Positions 1 through 12,261 of a stretch of 64,000 bases of DNA are shown in pieces. A program made the position numbers and the translations under genes. Below the pieces are notes generated by a model. The model ran no database searches. It had not been told where the DNA came from and was given only the letters and a program-made list of their open reading frames with translations. The stretch's first letter is position 1. Each line of letters opens with the position of its first letter. Source of the DNA: Ylistrum balloti (Eukaryota); NCBI RefSeq assembly GCF_031769215.1, contig NW_026782170.1, positions 868,001-932,000 on the forward strand. The letters run 5' to 3'.

Positions 1-928
1 TCAGCATATTTTGAGAAAATTTTGTTCATACTGAACTTTGACAATCCATCTGACTTTGTTACATTGATTTGATTTTATGTTGCCTATCTAGAATGAATAC
101 TGAGTACATCTTGTATAAAATCCAATACACAATTTAAAACTTCATTTTCTTTCACATTAAGAGATTTACATAGCTGTCCAAAAACACATTTTGATCTTCA
201 TTGCTCTGTCATCTTAAGAGATTCTTAATTAAAGAAATTAAAGACAGAAATACTTGAAACCCTTCAGAAGGAATAAAAGATTATAAAATATTTTGCAGTT
301 GTCCTTGTTTTGGCAAGGTAGCAGTTATTACATTTTTCACATATCAATGAGCTGATATCCATGTATACAGACATGAAAGATATTTTCTGAGATCTTCATT
401 CAATCTAGCAATGTTTGTCAGGTATCTTATTTCCCACTATTTTCTTTCTTTTTTTACTTCGAATAGAGCAAAATTAAATCCCTCACAAATATTCCTATAT
501 ATACAGTATGGCTGGGGCCATTTTTTTCACAAACACTTTACAGCCTATAATTCATAGAAAATATATGTTAAAGAATCACAACATCATAATGAACAAAAAT
601 CATAGGCTCACAAGTGAGCTTTAAAACTATAATTCAAATTAAGTTAGTGATTTATTTAACACGACTGTTGAAGGTTTATTTGCATTCACATTTTTCAGAA
701 CCATTCAATACTGAAAATGATAAATCTATTTCATTAATGGAGTAAAGGCACATACTCTTCTCTATATTCACACCGATCCAATTTTTTTATATTTCTGATA
801 ATAAGAATAACATAAATATAAGACATATCCTATATTCCAACACTTCAGGCCCTACCATCATTTGTTTATATACTAATTTTTTATTTCTATTGAAAGATGC
901 TATATACATGCCTTTTGAACAATCTCAC

Positions 929-3900
929 CTCTTCAACATCCATTTTAGACACCAGTGTATTTGTCTCCCCTTTTTTTGTTTTCTTTGGTCGCGACGGTTC
1001 TCTCATCTCCTTAGAGCGTACTGTCTCCTTGTGTTTCCTTTGTATCACAGTTTTCTGTTCCCTATTTCATAAGAATAGATACAAGAGATCCCAGAGGGAT
1101 CTTGGCGCCCACCATTTGAGGATCTATTTTCAGTTCTTGAAGATTTGTTTATTTTTTTTTGTTTGTTACAGGTGTTGTAAATGTTCATGAACTGGTCTTC
1201 ATTGAATGTACTCAATGATGGCACAAGATATTTTTATTAAGCACTTATTAGCAAATATCATTTGAAAAAGATCCCAAAGTATTATTAGATAGCAGTCAGT
1301 TACAGGTGGATAACGGACAATATATTTGTGCTGTATTACTGTCGACATCCAAGATGGCGGCCCACTTGATTTCAAATCAGTCCAAAAAAGGTACAATGCA
1401 CAACTAGGGACCAAGGGAAACCAATATCTATGAAATATCAGAAGGATCCATCCAGTACTTCCTCAGATATAGCAGTAACAAGATTTTACTCTCAAAATCC
1501 AAGATGGCTGCCTGTCAGCCATCTTGATTTCGGATCAGTCCAAAAAGGTACAATGCACAACTTGGAACCAAAGGGAGCCTGCATATGAAATTTGAGAAAG
1601 ATCCATCCAGTAATTTCCAAGATATAGCAGTAACAAACTTTTACATCCAAAATCCAAGATGGCCACCTGTCTGCCATCTTGAATTCGAATCAGTCCAAAA
1701 TAGGTACAATGCACAACAAGGGACCAAGGGAAAACTGCATATGAAATTTGAAAAAGATCCATCCAGTACTTTCCAAGAACAGTAACAAACTTTTACTTCC
1801 AAAATCCAAGATGGCCACCTGTCGGCCATCTCTGCACAACAAAAAAGGTACAACTAGGGACCAAGGGGAAACTGCATATGAAATTTGAAAAAGATCCATC
1901 CAGTACTTTCCAAGAAATAGCGGTAACAAACTTTTACTTCCAAAATCCAAGATGGCCACCTGTCGGCCATCTTGAATTTGAATCAGTCCAAAAAAGGTAC
2001 AATGCACAACTAGGGACCAAGGGGAAACTGCATATGAAATTTGAGAAAAATCCATCCAGTACTTTTCCAGAAATAGCGGTAACAAGAATTGTTTACGGAC
2101 GGATGGATGACCGGACCACGGACCAGGGACGCAGGGCGATTTGAATACCCCACCATCTGATGATGGTGGGCTAACACGGATGCAGGGCGATTTGAATACC
2201 CCACCATCTGATGATGGTGGGCTAATAAAATATCACATGACTGACTTAAAGACCATTTGTTGCCTTCAGCCAACTAGGTATCATATCTGAACATATACAA
2301 ATAAATCCCAATGAAAAACAATAGACCCATAGGGCCTGTATCGCTCATCTGGTTTAGTTCAAATCTGGACAAAAATTAAATAATTCCAACAGAAACACAA
2401 ACTGATTCCCCTTCACCTAAGAATGCTTCGCACCAAATTTGGGTAAAATCCAATCATTCCTACAGGTGAAGTAGGATTTTAAAGCATTTGCTCTATTTCT
2501 CCTATTTGGCCCCTGCCCTGGTTAAACTTTCCTCTCTTTTCCTCAATAGGAAACGAACCATGTTGTAACATGTTTAAAAACAAATACATTGTATTACCAA
2601 ACTTTAAACTGTCCATTCAAAGGGAGGTCATTATACAAAAGAAATACATTGTATTACCAAATTTTTAATTGTTCTTTCAAAGGGAGGGCATCATACAAAA
2701 GAAATGTGCAAACTACTCATAGGAACCAAATGGAATCTGAAAGTGCAATTCGATGAAGATTACACAAAATCATTAATAAATGTTAAGACTGGAAATCCAT
2801 CATTGCAGCCTTTCACACATTTTGACGTTCATCTTCAATAAGCAAAATCAGTGACACTGAAATACCATAAAGACCTAATTGATGATCAACATATGACAAA
2901 TTGTAAACTGAGTTCATTTAATTGGATGTTATTTGAATCAAAGGGTATATAAAAAATATCATGATTTCTATATCTTTAGCAGAAACATACATGTCAGAAA
3001 AAATTGCATCGGTAATTAAGGTCTAATGCAATGCTTTGGATACTAATCCTATTGATAAATTATAAATACCTGAAATATTTCTCCATTCCTAAAACAGCAG
3101 CAGTTACATGCTTGTGTTGGTAATATTGTTGTAAGGTCTGTATATATTTCTTTAGAGTTGCCTGTCCTTGATCTTGTCCCATCTGTGCCTACCAAAATTA
3201 ACTCTTACTATACATTGGCAAACTAGTATATGGTATAGATTTCAACAACCGTAATCTATCCATTAGAATATTTTTGTGTTTCCAATTTTTTTACATATAG
3301 AGAACATTTATTTTAGAAATACTTTCAGCAAGACTGATGTGAAAAGTTACGTTAACATTGGTCATTCAAGTCTTCAGTTCAGGTAATAAACGGACCTTTT
3401 TTCAGAACTGTGTGCAGTATCTCCTTGTCAGCATTTACAGAGCTTTGTACATGTATACACAAATCAGAGTAACGAGGTTTGAAAATTTAAGAAATTAAGA
3501 TACCTGTTTAAAATTTTCCACAAATTGAACAAAGTCTGAAGTAGGTATAAGTGTAAGAACATTATCTTCTACTGTCTGTCTCGTCCAGGTGTCTACCTGT
3601 TTGAAATAAATATGTCACTCTTGAGCATTTGTGGCCAAATGATTTGGTGTTTACGAAGAGGGCATAAATAAACAAGAGGCCTAGTGGACCTGCAGTCACC
3701 AGATAAGCAATAGTGAACATAAATGTTAATGGGTACATAGCTTTCACATGTCAAAAAAAAGAAATTGTGACACTGATGACAATAAGCAATGTCAAACATG
3801 CATACCATCAAAACTCATCCTATACTGATAATTCTAATAAAGTTATTTCCAATGGGAAATAAAGAGCATGATGCTTTAGGCAGAAAAACAACAAAAAACA

Positions 3901-6222
3901 ATCTTGAAATATATTAACAATTTCCAAATATTTAACAAGCTTGTAGGAGGATCTTGGTCAAAGAAATCAATTCATCTGTGCCATTGCAATCATCATATAG
4001 TAAATGTGTCACTATTCAGCATTTTAAGTACAAAAATGGGACAAAACCACAAATGGCCAGGTTGCGGGATGAGTGCAATGTTATATGGGTATTTATAAGA
4101 CAGTTAAGGGTGTTTCATTTGTTAAGTATGTAGAATATTTGTTATAAGAGAGAAAGTTTCAAGGAATTGAATGAGTTCAATAATTTGATAAATCATGTGC
4201 TTTTAAGCACATAGGCCCTAGTGAAAGATTCTGTTTATCACATAACTCATATTTACGAGAAAATAAATGAAAACTCTGAAATAAACTTCCGTAGATTATA
4301 AGACAGATTTACTAAGATGGAGACAGTATGTTTTTGACTACTGAGACAATCATGTGACATATCAAGGCATGACTTATTATTGATGTCACAACAATGTTAT
4401 CATACATGTGTTTTATATTTATAACATGGACGTATGACATGACACAACAGGCCAGTTATTTGATAGAACAAATTTATCATTGTACAGCTTAACATTAAAT
4501 CATACCTTTTCTTCAGTAACCTTAAACTCTGTAACAGTCCTTTGCCAGGTAATGGTGAAGGGGATGGTCTGTGGCTCTGCTACACATTGTACTCCAAGGG
4601 ACTCACAGCTCTTGAAGATACTGGCACCAAGACCAAGGTCATTGACCAGGTGAGTGTCCAGTATAACCTTCATATACTTAAAAGTACACAGAGGCAACTT
4701 AGAATACTAAAAATCAAATATCGCAATTATTTTCTCACTCTAGACAAACAATACTAAATGTCAATAACTACATGTACCTAGTTAAGATCAACATCATAAT
4801 CAAAGCTTAGTATTAAAGACCAAATGGTGATATTCACTTAAACCATGAACAATTAAAACAACGTATCATTCACCATTAAACTTCTGGCAAACAATGTGCT
4901 ACTCTGTAACTAAATTAAAAACTGAAACTAGAAAACTAAATAGTGACCACTGACAGCCTGATGTGCCAATCTAATTATCTGATAAATCTAACTCTTTAAA
5001 AAGATCACTTTTCATGAAACTCTCAAGAACTCAAATAGTTAACACAGAAAGTGATTAGAATAGACCCTCACATTGAGACAGTCCTTAAGCAGACCATATT
5101 GTTTCTTTCTGTCTCTCTCTGCATTTTTTATCAGTGTTGCTCTCTCCTTCTCTGCCTGTTTCTCCTCTTTTGATTTTTGTCTTTCAATTTTCTTTTTTTC
5201 CATAGCTTCTCGCTTCATCTGAAATTTGTTACATTGTCAGTCAAAATCATGTTACATAAAAGTTTTTATTTTGATTTTCCTCTCATTATTACTCATCACT
5301 ATTTTAACTTAATACTCCAACATTTCTGAAAATCAAGTGGTTGGTAGTGATTAAGGTTTGGAACAAGTACACATCAAACTTTGGGAAAGCTACATTAACA
5401 ACCCTCTTCTTTCTCAGCTGTTCAAATAAATACAGTTTAACAAAAGCTTAACTTGTCAAGGAAAACAGGAAAAAGAGTCTTTTATCCATATTTTTTTTTC
5501 AAAAAATTGGGGAAAAAACAGAACCACTCAGAAATTACAACTTTAACAATATATTTCTTGTTTAGCCACTTGAACCAATGAAGTGTCATTGTGTGACAGG
5601 CAAAACAACAATAACATGTCAATACCTGTGCTTGTTGTTTCCTTTGCATGATTTCCTCTGCAGTTCTTTTCTTTGAGTTTTGTTTACTGGGTATGGTAGA
5701 CAGTGTGGTCTGAGCTCCTGAAGGATTTGAATATCTCGAAATCTGAGTTCTAGATTCAGCACCATAAAACTGATGACTAACAGAATTATCAGGTATCTTA
5801 GGTGTATGTGAAGGAGTACAGGGTGACATGGATGTCCGTCTGGTGAGACTGGATAAAGGTTGACGCTCCAAATCATTGTCACTGCTGGGGCATCTCACAA
5901 CACAACTGTCATTTGATTCATCACTTATAGCAACTGCACCATAGGAAAGAGTGTGGCTTGTTTTATAATCTACAATCTCAATGTCTGATGTATCAGAGAA
6001 ATCTGGAGTAGTGTTGATGTTTTGATTTTGACAATTTAGTAACCTTTCTTTCAGAGGAATGTACATGGGTCTATTTTTACCTTCATCAGCATCAGAGTCA
6101 GAGCTGTCTGATAAACAATGAACAAAGCGAGCTGGTTGAGCCACAGTTTGAGGTCCATCAAGATCTGGTAAATCACTGTCCATATCACTATTGACGTCAG
6201 TGTCACTCATGTCACAATCCAT
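929..6222 (-). CDS. EME1: Crossover junction endonuclease EME1 (MUS81 partner); 3' end lies beyond the left window edge or was not located
   Basis: Phase-consistent GT-AG exons (minus): 6222-5626 (acidic/Ser-rich N-terminus MDCDMSDTD...QQAQ), 5218-5072 (coiled coil ...KDCLN), 4676-4506 (YMKVILDTHLVNDLGLGASIFKSCESLGVQCVAEPQTIPFTITWQR), 3596-3504 (VEDNVLTLIPTSDFVQFVENFKQ), 3188-3070 (ATLKKYIQTLQ...VLGMEKYF), 1061-929 (...LVSKMDVEE). These parallel recalled vertebrate EME1 segments in the same order (ECLKHIIVVLDP...VIEAQAVPCSVTWRR, VEEPTVLVLL, VSRVDAEE). Confidence 0.9.
1340..2225 (+). mobile_element. Non-autonomous Helentron/HINE-like element with ~140-155 bp internal tandem units, GGAC microsatellite and 3' hairpin (EME1 intron)
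   Basis: About 5 units of aaatccaagatggc...gggaccaaggg...catatgaaatttga, then ggacggatggatgaccggacc, then the palindrome CCCACCATC-TGAT-GATGGTGGG twice. Confidence 0.65.
2310..2530 (+). mobile_element. 5' fragment of a second HINE-like element
   Basis: acaatagacccatagggcctgtatcgctcatctgg resembles the aacaagaggccc...gggcc...tcgctcacctg start typical of bivalve HINEs (recalled pattern). Confidence 0.4.
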
Positions 6223-7705
6223 CTTTTCAATTTATATTTGATTGACATAAATTATGTTTGAAAAAATATTACCTATTGCAAACTACAAATGCCATTTAAT
6301 TTTAACAAAGAAATGAGAAATTACAATAGATAACCTGATTATATCAAATGCCCAATATCATGTCATCCTCCATTACAGAGTACCTGTAAAAAGAACAAAA
6401 GATAATGGTTTGAATAAGAATTACTTAGAATATGCAGTTTACAATTATGTATTCTACAAGTGGATACTTTCATAAAATCAAGGTTACAGGGCAGTATATA
6501 TATTAATTTTTAAATTCATGAGTGACATGCATAATACTTGTTATTGGTCTCCCCTTATATTATCTGTTACACTGGAATACTCAGTCTCTGAAGCACAAAT
6601 TTATCATCTAATTTCTGTGATTATAAATACAAAATCAAAGTCAGCTTATGAATCTATAAATTTGATCATCTTATTAGCTTAAAACATTTTCAATTTTAAA
6701 ATCAAATATGTCAACAAGTTCAATGCCATTTTGTTATTTAAAATATTTGAGAAAGACTCTCCCAATGCTTGTCACTTTTCAAAATCAAAGATGGCCACCT
6801 TTTTCCAATTTCGTTTTTATGACAAGTTTCAAAACGGAAAAAAACACCACTAACAACAGAGCCAGCATATCAAATTTGAACATTCATTCAAAAATGTTCA
6901 ATAAACTGCAATAACAATTTGGACTGCAAAACTTGAAGACTGCAATTTTGTTTGCCATGGTAACATCATTCTTGTATGATTGGTGAGACCATTGAACAGC
7001 TTCCGGACTCTAAAATGATATGATTTCATGCTTATTTTTACATACTGATATTAAATATTTATGTTTAACTGATTCATCTACATCTAAACACTAATGTATC
7101 TCTTTCATCATACTGAAGATCATGAAAGCTCATCAGGAAGTAAAATAAAATGATGAAAAATTACATAGATGGAAGTCTTTAGAAATAATTGTCAATGGAT
7201 GATGATAATGACAATGACGACGGCAACAACAATAACGATGATTATGATGGCTCTTATCAGGACGGAGAAAACCACAAATTTTCATATAACAAGAAACTAG
7301 TCTATAATACACCAAGTGGGTTTTTATTTGTTACCAAATCACTTTAAACATGTATTGAATCATGAAACATCATACAACTACAAAAATAGAATTCACTTGC
7401 ATGTGTGAATGTTATTTTCCGTAAACAACCCATACCAAAATTGGTATTTAATAGGCTAGTGGCTTCTTAAATCAGAGACGTATATATGTGTTATATATGT
7501 CTCTGCTTAAATCATATACGAACAACCCCTGGTAAGGTTTGGTTTAGTGGAAATACCTTCAGCAGTGTTTGATAAGGAAAACTAATGAGAAAGTCTAACC
7601 TGGAGTGTTTGTGGTTTTGAAGTAGAAGGTTAAAAACAAAATAAAAATAACATAATAAACACGTTGTGATCAGCATATAGTTCTGGACTTCATCTGAAAA
7701 TCAAA

Positions 7706-7717
7706 TTTCCCGCCAAA
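7706..7717. promoter_or_regulatory. E2F consensus site TTTCCCGCCAAA in the EME1/MRPL27 divergent promoter region
   Basis: Exact TTTSSCGC-type motif read from the sequence; an Ets-like CCGGAAAT lies at about 7913. Confidence 0.5.
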
Positions 7718-8121
7718 CTTTATGTAGAAAACGTTACAGATCACAACAGGATTACACAAATTATTGGTACCGTATTTAAACTGTCGTCGAATGTCACACG
7801 TCCGATAATTTTAGCACTTTCTTACTTATACCATCATAAGGCATCGCATCTTACTTTCATTGTATAACTTCGGCTTATATTTCAATTTTTTTCGGAGTGC
7901 CCAACAACACCTCCGGAAATACAGACGCACAGATAAAACCTGTGCACGAATTCATTATTTTTACACGTTTAACATAGCATTGCATGATGAATTCATATTT
8001 ATACACTCTCTGGTTTTTGATATTGGAAACTATAGTCGTGAAAATGTTTTTAGTGCATCCCTAACAGGAAAATACCTCATTCGCGTATTAATTTGACATT
8101 TTCCGCTGCACTATTTTCAAG

Positions 8122-9495
8122 ATGTCAGCCTCCTTGACGAGATGCTGTCAACGAGCAGTTCCAAATTTATTATCACCTTTAAATGGTTTGTGAATTGTTT
8201 CAAACAGATATTGTTTCACTATTAATTCTGGTCAAGATTTTATCATTACCGCCTACATAAATGATCAAATTCTTTCTAAAACACACCACTTGCACGCATG
8301 TCCATGGACGGACAGGACACTGTCTATATCTTCGGTGCATTAGTTTCGGACCCCTTAAGCAGTGTACCCAATGGGTGTCCATGGACATATTTGGCTCACA
8401 GAATATCAAGATTTTAAAAATGATTTTGTGTTAAAAACATGATACCTAAGTCTAACAACAAACAAAACTAATTCGACCGAAATGCATTGAAACGCTTACT
8501 CTTCTGAAACACCTGGTCTTATTCTGCTTGTACTTTTCCACGAGTCTCCGCGTTAAGCTTCCTTCTGTTTGAATTATGATTATGTTGCCATGTTGGTATT
8601 TTCTTTATTTGAAAAAAAATCTTTAGTTTTGAATATGGTTTTCAGTTTCAGGCTTGCCTCTTGTCCAGATTAGGACGGCTAAAAGAGTGAAAGTTGGAAC
8701 AGGGAGAGGTACCATGGATACTGGAAGAGCAAGAAGGAGGAACAGGGGTATCAAAGTTCAGGATGGTACATTTGTTCATCAAGGTCAAGTTCTTGTGAAG
8801 CAGACAGGCCTCCGATTCTATCCAGGGGAAAATGTAGGTTTGCTAATGCATTTGTCTCTGTAACAGCCATTTTAGTTTAAGATGACTGATAAGTAATTTC
8901 CTCGGAGGCAATAAAGCATCAATGTTGTCTGTAAATTGGCACATTTCTTGTCAACATGTAAATGATAAGCAGATTTGGCATAGGTATTTCCATTAAAAAA
9001 AATGGTAGGCTGAATCCATAGGATTTCATAATTAAATGGTGAATTTGGAAAGTCAAGTTTAAGTTGGAGTCACAACAAAAAAGGATGTCCACATGTTTTA
9101 TACAACAAGCCAATGTCATATAACGAACCTGATCCAAAATCAAATGCATGTTTAAAGATAATATTCAACTGAATATCAAAATTTACCTTTAAACAGACTT
9201 TTGTAAAATGTTGCAGACATTTCATCAAAATTTTTCTTCGTATTACCTAGGTAAATATATTTTTTGAGGAATTTTGTGTCAATCAACTTTTCATTTACAG
9301 GTGGATATTTCAAGAAACTACACCATGTCAGCCATGTGTGATGGAAAGGTGATCGTATCTTGTGAACGCCTCAATCCAAAGCCAGACAGTCCACTCTATG
9401 CTCCTGTACAAAAGGGTGTGATTATTTACAAAAAATTCTTTAATGTCTACCCTATCCGACTTCATGGGAAATTCAGACTAGTTGATCAAGTATGA
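8122..9495 (+). CDS. MRPL27: Mitochondrial ribosomal protein bL27m, 146 aa
   Basis: Exons 8122-8185, 8652-8833, 9301-9495 (441 nt, phases consistent). L27 signature RRRNRGIKVQDGTFVHQGQVLVKQTGLRFYPGENV; C-terminus KGVIIYKKFFNVYP...GKFRLVDQV; AATAAA near 9644. Confidence 0.95.
8298..8388. repeat. Short element bounded by 12-bp inverted repeats (MRPL27 intron 1)
   Basis: atgtccatggac at 8298-8309 is the reverse complement of gtccatggacat at 8377-8388. Confidence 0.45.
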
Positions 9496-10259
9496 TAAGA
9501 TATAAGCATGATATCTGGCATGAAAGAAATTATGTGATGTTGATGCATTTTTTGAATGTTAGAAAATGTTTTGAAATAACAATGTTATCAGCCATTTGCA
9601 ATGACTGTTGAGAGAATTTCAGTATGTGTGTTTTCAATTGTAAATAAATTATTTGTAGATGTATCAATTTTTGTTCTTTTTTTTTGGCCTACCACCATCA
9701 TATATTGGACAGTTCCTTTCTTATCCAAATGTCTTTGTCTATCCTTAGAAAATTACTTTTCTCTCTGAACAAAAATTTAAAGTTTACTTAAGTAGTCATT
9801 TTATGTGTAGATTTAAGAGGAAAGTAATAATGGCCACAATTAACTTAAGAACTGGAAAGAACTTTCTCAATTTCATATGACAGTTTTCTTAGTTGTGGAT
9901 GATAAATTTCAAAATTGATTGGAAGAAACGGTCATCCTGAATTTACACTTAGAGATTCCTTTTTCCTTTTTTTATCTAAGTTACTGTATACTAGGATATT
10001 TCCACTCCAGGTTAATTTTGCCCTTGTACCATTATACACAAATTTGCCTATGTTCAATTCGCTCTCTGAGGAATATACAAAAGCTTTTTCAAACCCATAC
10101 AAGTGCCTCATTTGAGGCAAACTATTAATTACACAAAATACTTGAACACTAAACTTTGTCATGATTAAAACATGAGGCAGAGGGATAGGTTAGAAATGGG
10201 AACTTAATCCATGACTCCATATTGAAAAGGAATTGCTACATGTGGGGTAGACCGAACAG

Positions 10260-10480
10260 TAACCATCTCTATGGTGACCTAGTAAACTAAAGTGTAAGGG
10301 TAACAAATTCTGTTGTGGCCTGGTAAGCTATATAAAGTAGCCAATTCTTTGTGGCCTTGTAAACTATATAGGAACCAATTTTAAGGTGGTCTGGTAAACT
10401 AAATAGCAAGTGTAACTAGTTATATAGTGGCCTGATATGAAGGGTAACCAATTCTACAATGGCAAGTGTAACTTATTATA
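10260..10480. repeat. Degenerate ~30-40 bp tandem repeat
   Basis: Recurring accaattct...gtggcct.gtaaacta motif. Confidence 0.5.
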
Positions 10481-12261
10481 TGGTAAGTTGATGTTTACAC
10501 ATTGCATTTACAAGATTACAATTCATTTTTCCCCTTGTTTATTCTCAGTTTTTTCATCTGTAGATTACTTTTACAATATTTTCTCACATGTCTGTGCACA
10601 TTCATTCCCACTCGCATCTTGACATAAATTTGTTCCATGGTGTATTTGACAGACTTCTTAATATTTTATAAATCAGTCTGAACCTATTTTGTTGGGGCTA
10701 AAATTACTGTATACACTCACACCACATATTTTCATGTTTCAATTCATAGAAGATTCTTGTCTTGCCCTCATATTTGTTTCCATACCACCAAACAACAGTT
10801 TCTCTTATTTAAAAAAATCTATAACACATACACACAGTGTTTTGAAATCTATTAAATAAAGCTGTCTTGTCACTTGAAGTGGAAGCTTCCTGGACAGCCC
10901 TGAAGTCTTATTTCTGCCTGGACATTATCTTCAGTCATGTGACCAACGACCAACAGTGACTTACGAATTTCCCAAAGAAGGCATAGTGACTGAGGAAATG
11001 TAAATGCTTACAATCAGAACCCAAAATATTCAGTATTCTTTGCTCTACCCATGTAACATTTTTTCTGTTGTATAGAGCTTGTTACATATACTACACACAT
11101 CCCTTCCAACTAATTGTGGTATAATTCACAAGCTCCCTCCACCATAAAATTTGTTACAAGCCCCTGTGGTTCTATCCATATATATTTCAATAATTCAAAT
11201 GTCCAATGGATTTCATTGTATTTATTATTCATATTTCACACAGAAACTTCACATGGTGTTTATATAAAATAAGTGTGGTATTCATGACAAAGACATCCTC
11301 CAGAAACAGGAATTTCACCACTTTGTGTCAATTTAAAATAGAGGTTGTAAGAGTTAACAGTAGTGCTACATTTTACAGGAGTTTTCACTTCATGAGATGT
11401 TTAAAATGAGTCTAAAACAATTTAATAATGGTAAGTTTCATACAAGTTTTGAAAGTAAAAAGGAAACCATAGTAAGATCCTTTGATCACATAATCTATTA
11501 TATTTGTAAATGCTACAGATGAGCTATTTATGTATCACTCTGGTAGTTATTCTTGGTATAGGGTTCCATTGTGATACCAATATGGAATTTGTGAATGTTT
11601 GGTATCATAACATCATCTCTGGTGTCACAACATACCAAATAGGTTTTATAACATCAATTCATGTAAGAAAATACTGTTTGAGTATATACAATTAATGACC
11701 TGACAATTGTGTGATAAATTAATAGACTACATACGGTCTGGTGTCTACATGCAAGAAATAGAACCAAGGTATACTCCAGGATCAGATTAAGAAGCAGACC
11801 TGCTGACGAGGCAAGTACGATGATGTGCTCTCAACGTGTGAAAGATGTACCAGGTAGTCCGACTTAAAGTGACTCATAACTGAGATATAAAACATTGAGC
11901 AGTTGACTATTGGAGGAATGTAATCGCAACTCTTTAAGAGAATCTTTTATTTTGGCACTTTTCATGCTGATTCTCATAAACAATTACGAGACAATACGTA
12001 AGTGTACTGCACTCTGCTTTGATTTCAAATCACAGCTTAGGTGTATAGTTTATTCAAGACATATTTTAGGTTTGTGAAATATACAACTAACATGGTTACG
12101 CAATAGGTACATTGTGTGACACATGACTTGTTTCAAATTTACAGCCCTTTTAACATTGTTTGAAGTATAAGAAGATCATGTAATTCTATAGGAGTTGCAA
12201 ATATATCTTTTGTTTTCTAATTCTACTGACACCAGTTTACATGCTGATTTTTCTCATTTTG

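Noticed and set aside
1492-2273. Cluster of 60-130 aa ORFs (MKFEKDPSS..., DGRQVAIL...)
   Set aside because: Both-strand translations of a HINE-like repeat that recurs at 15.5 and 62.3 kb; no transposase motifs.
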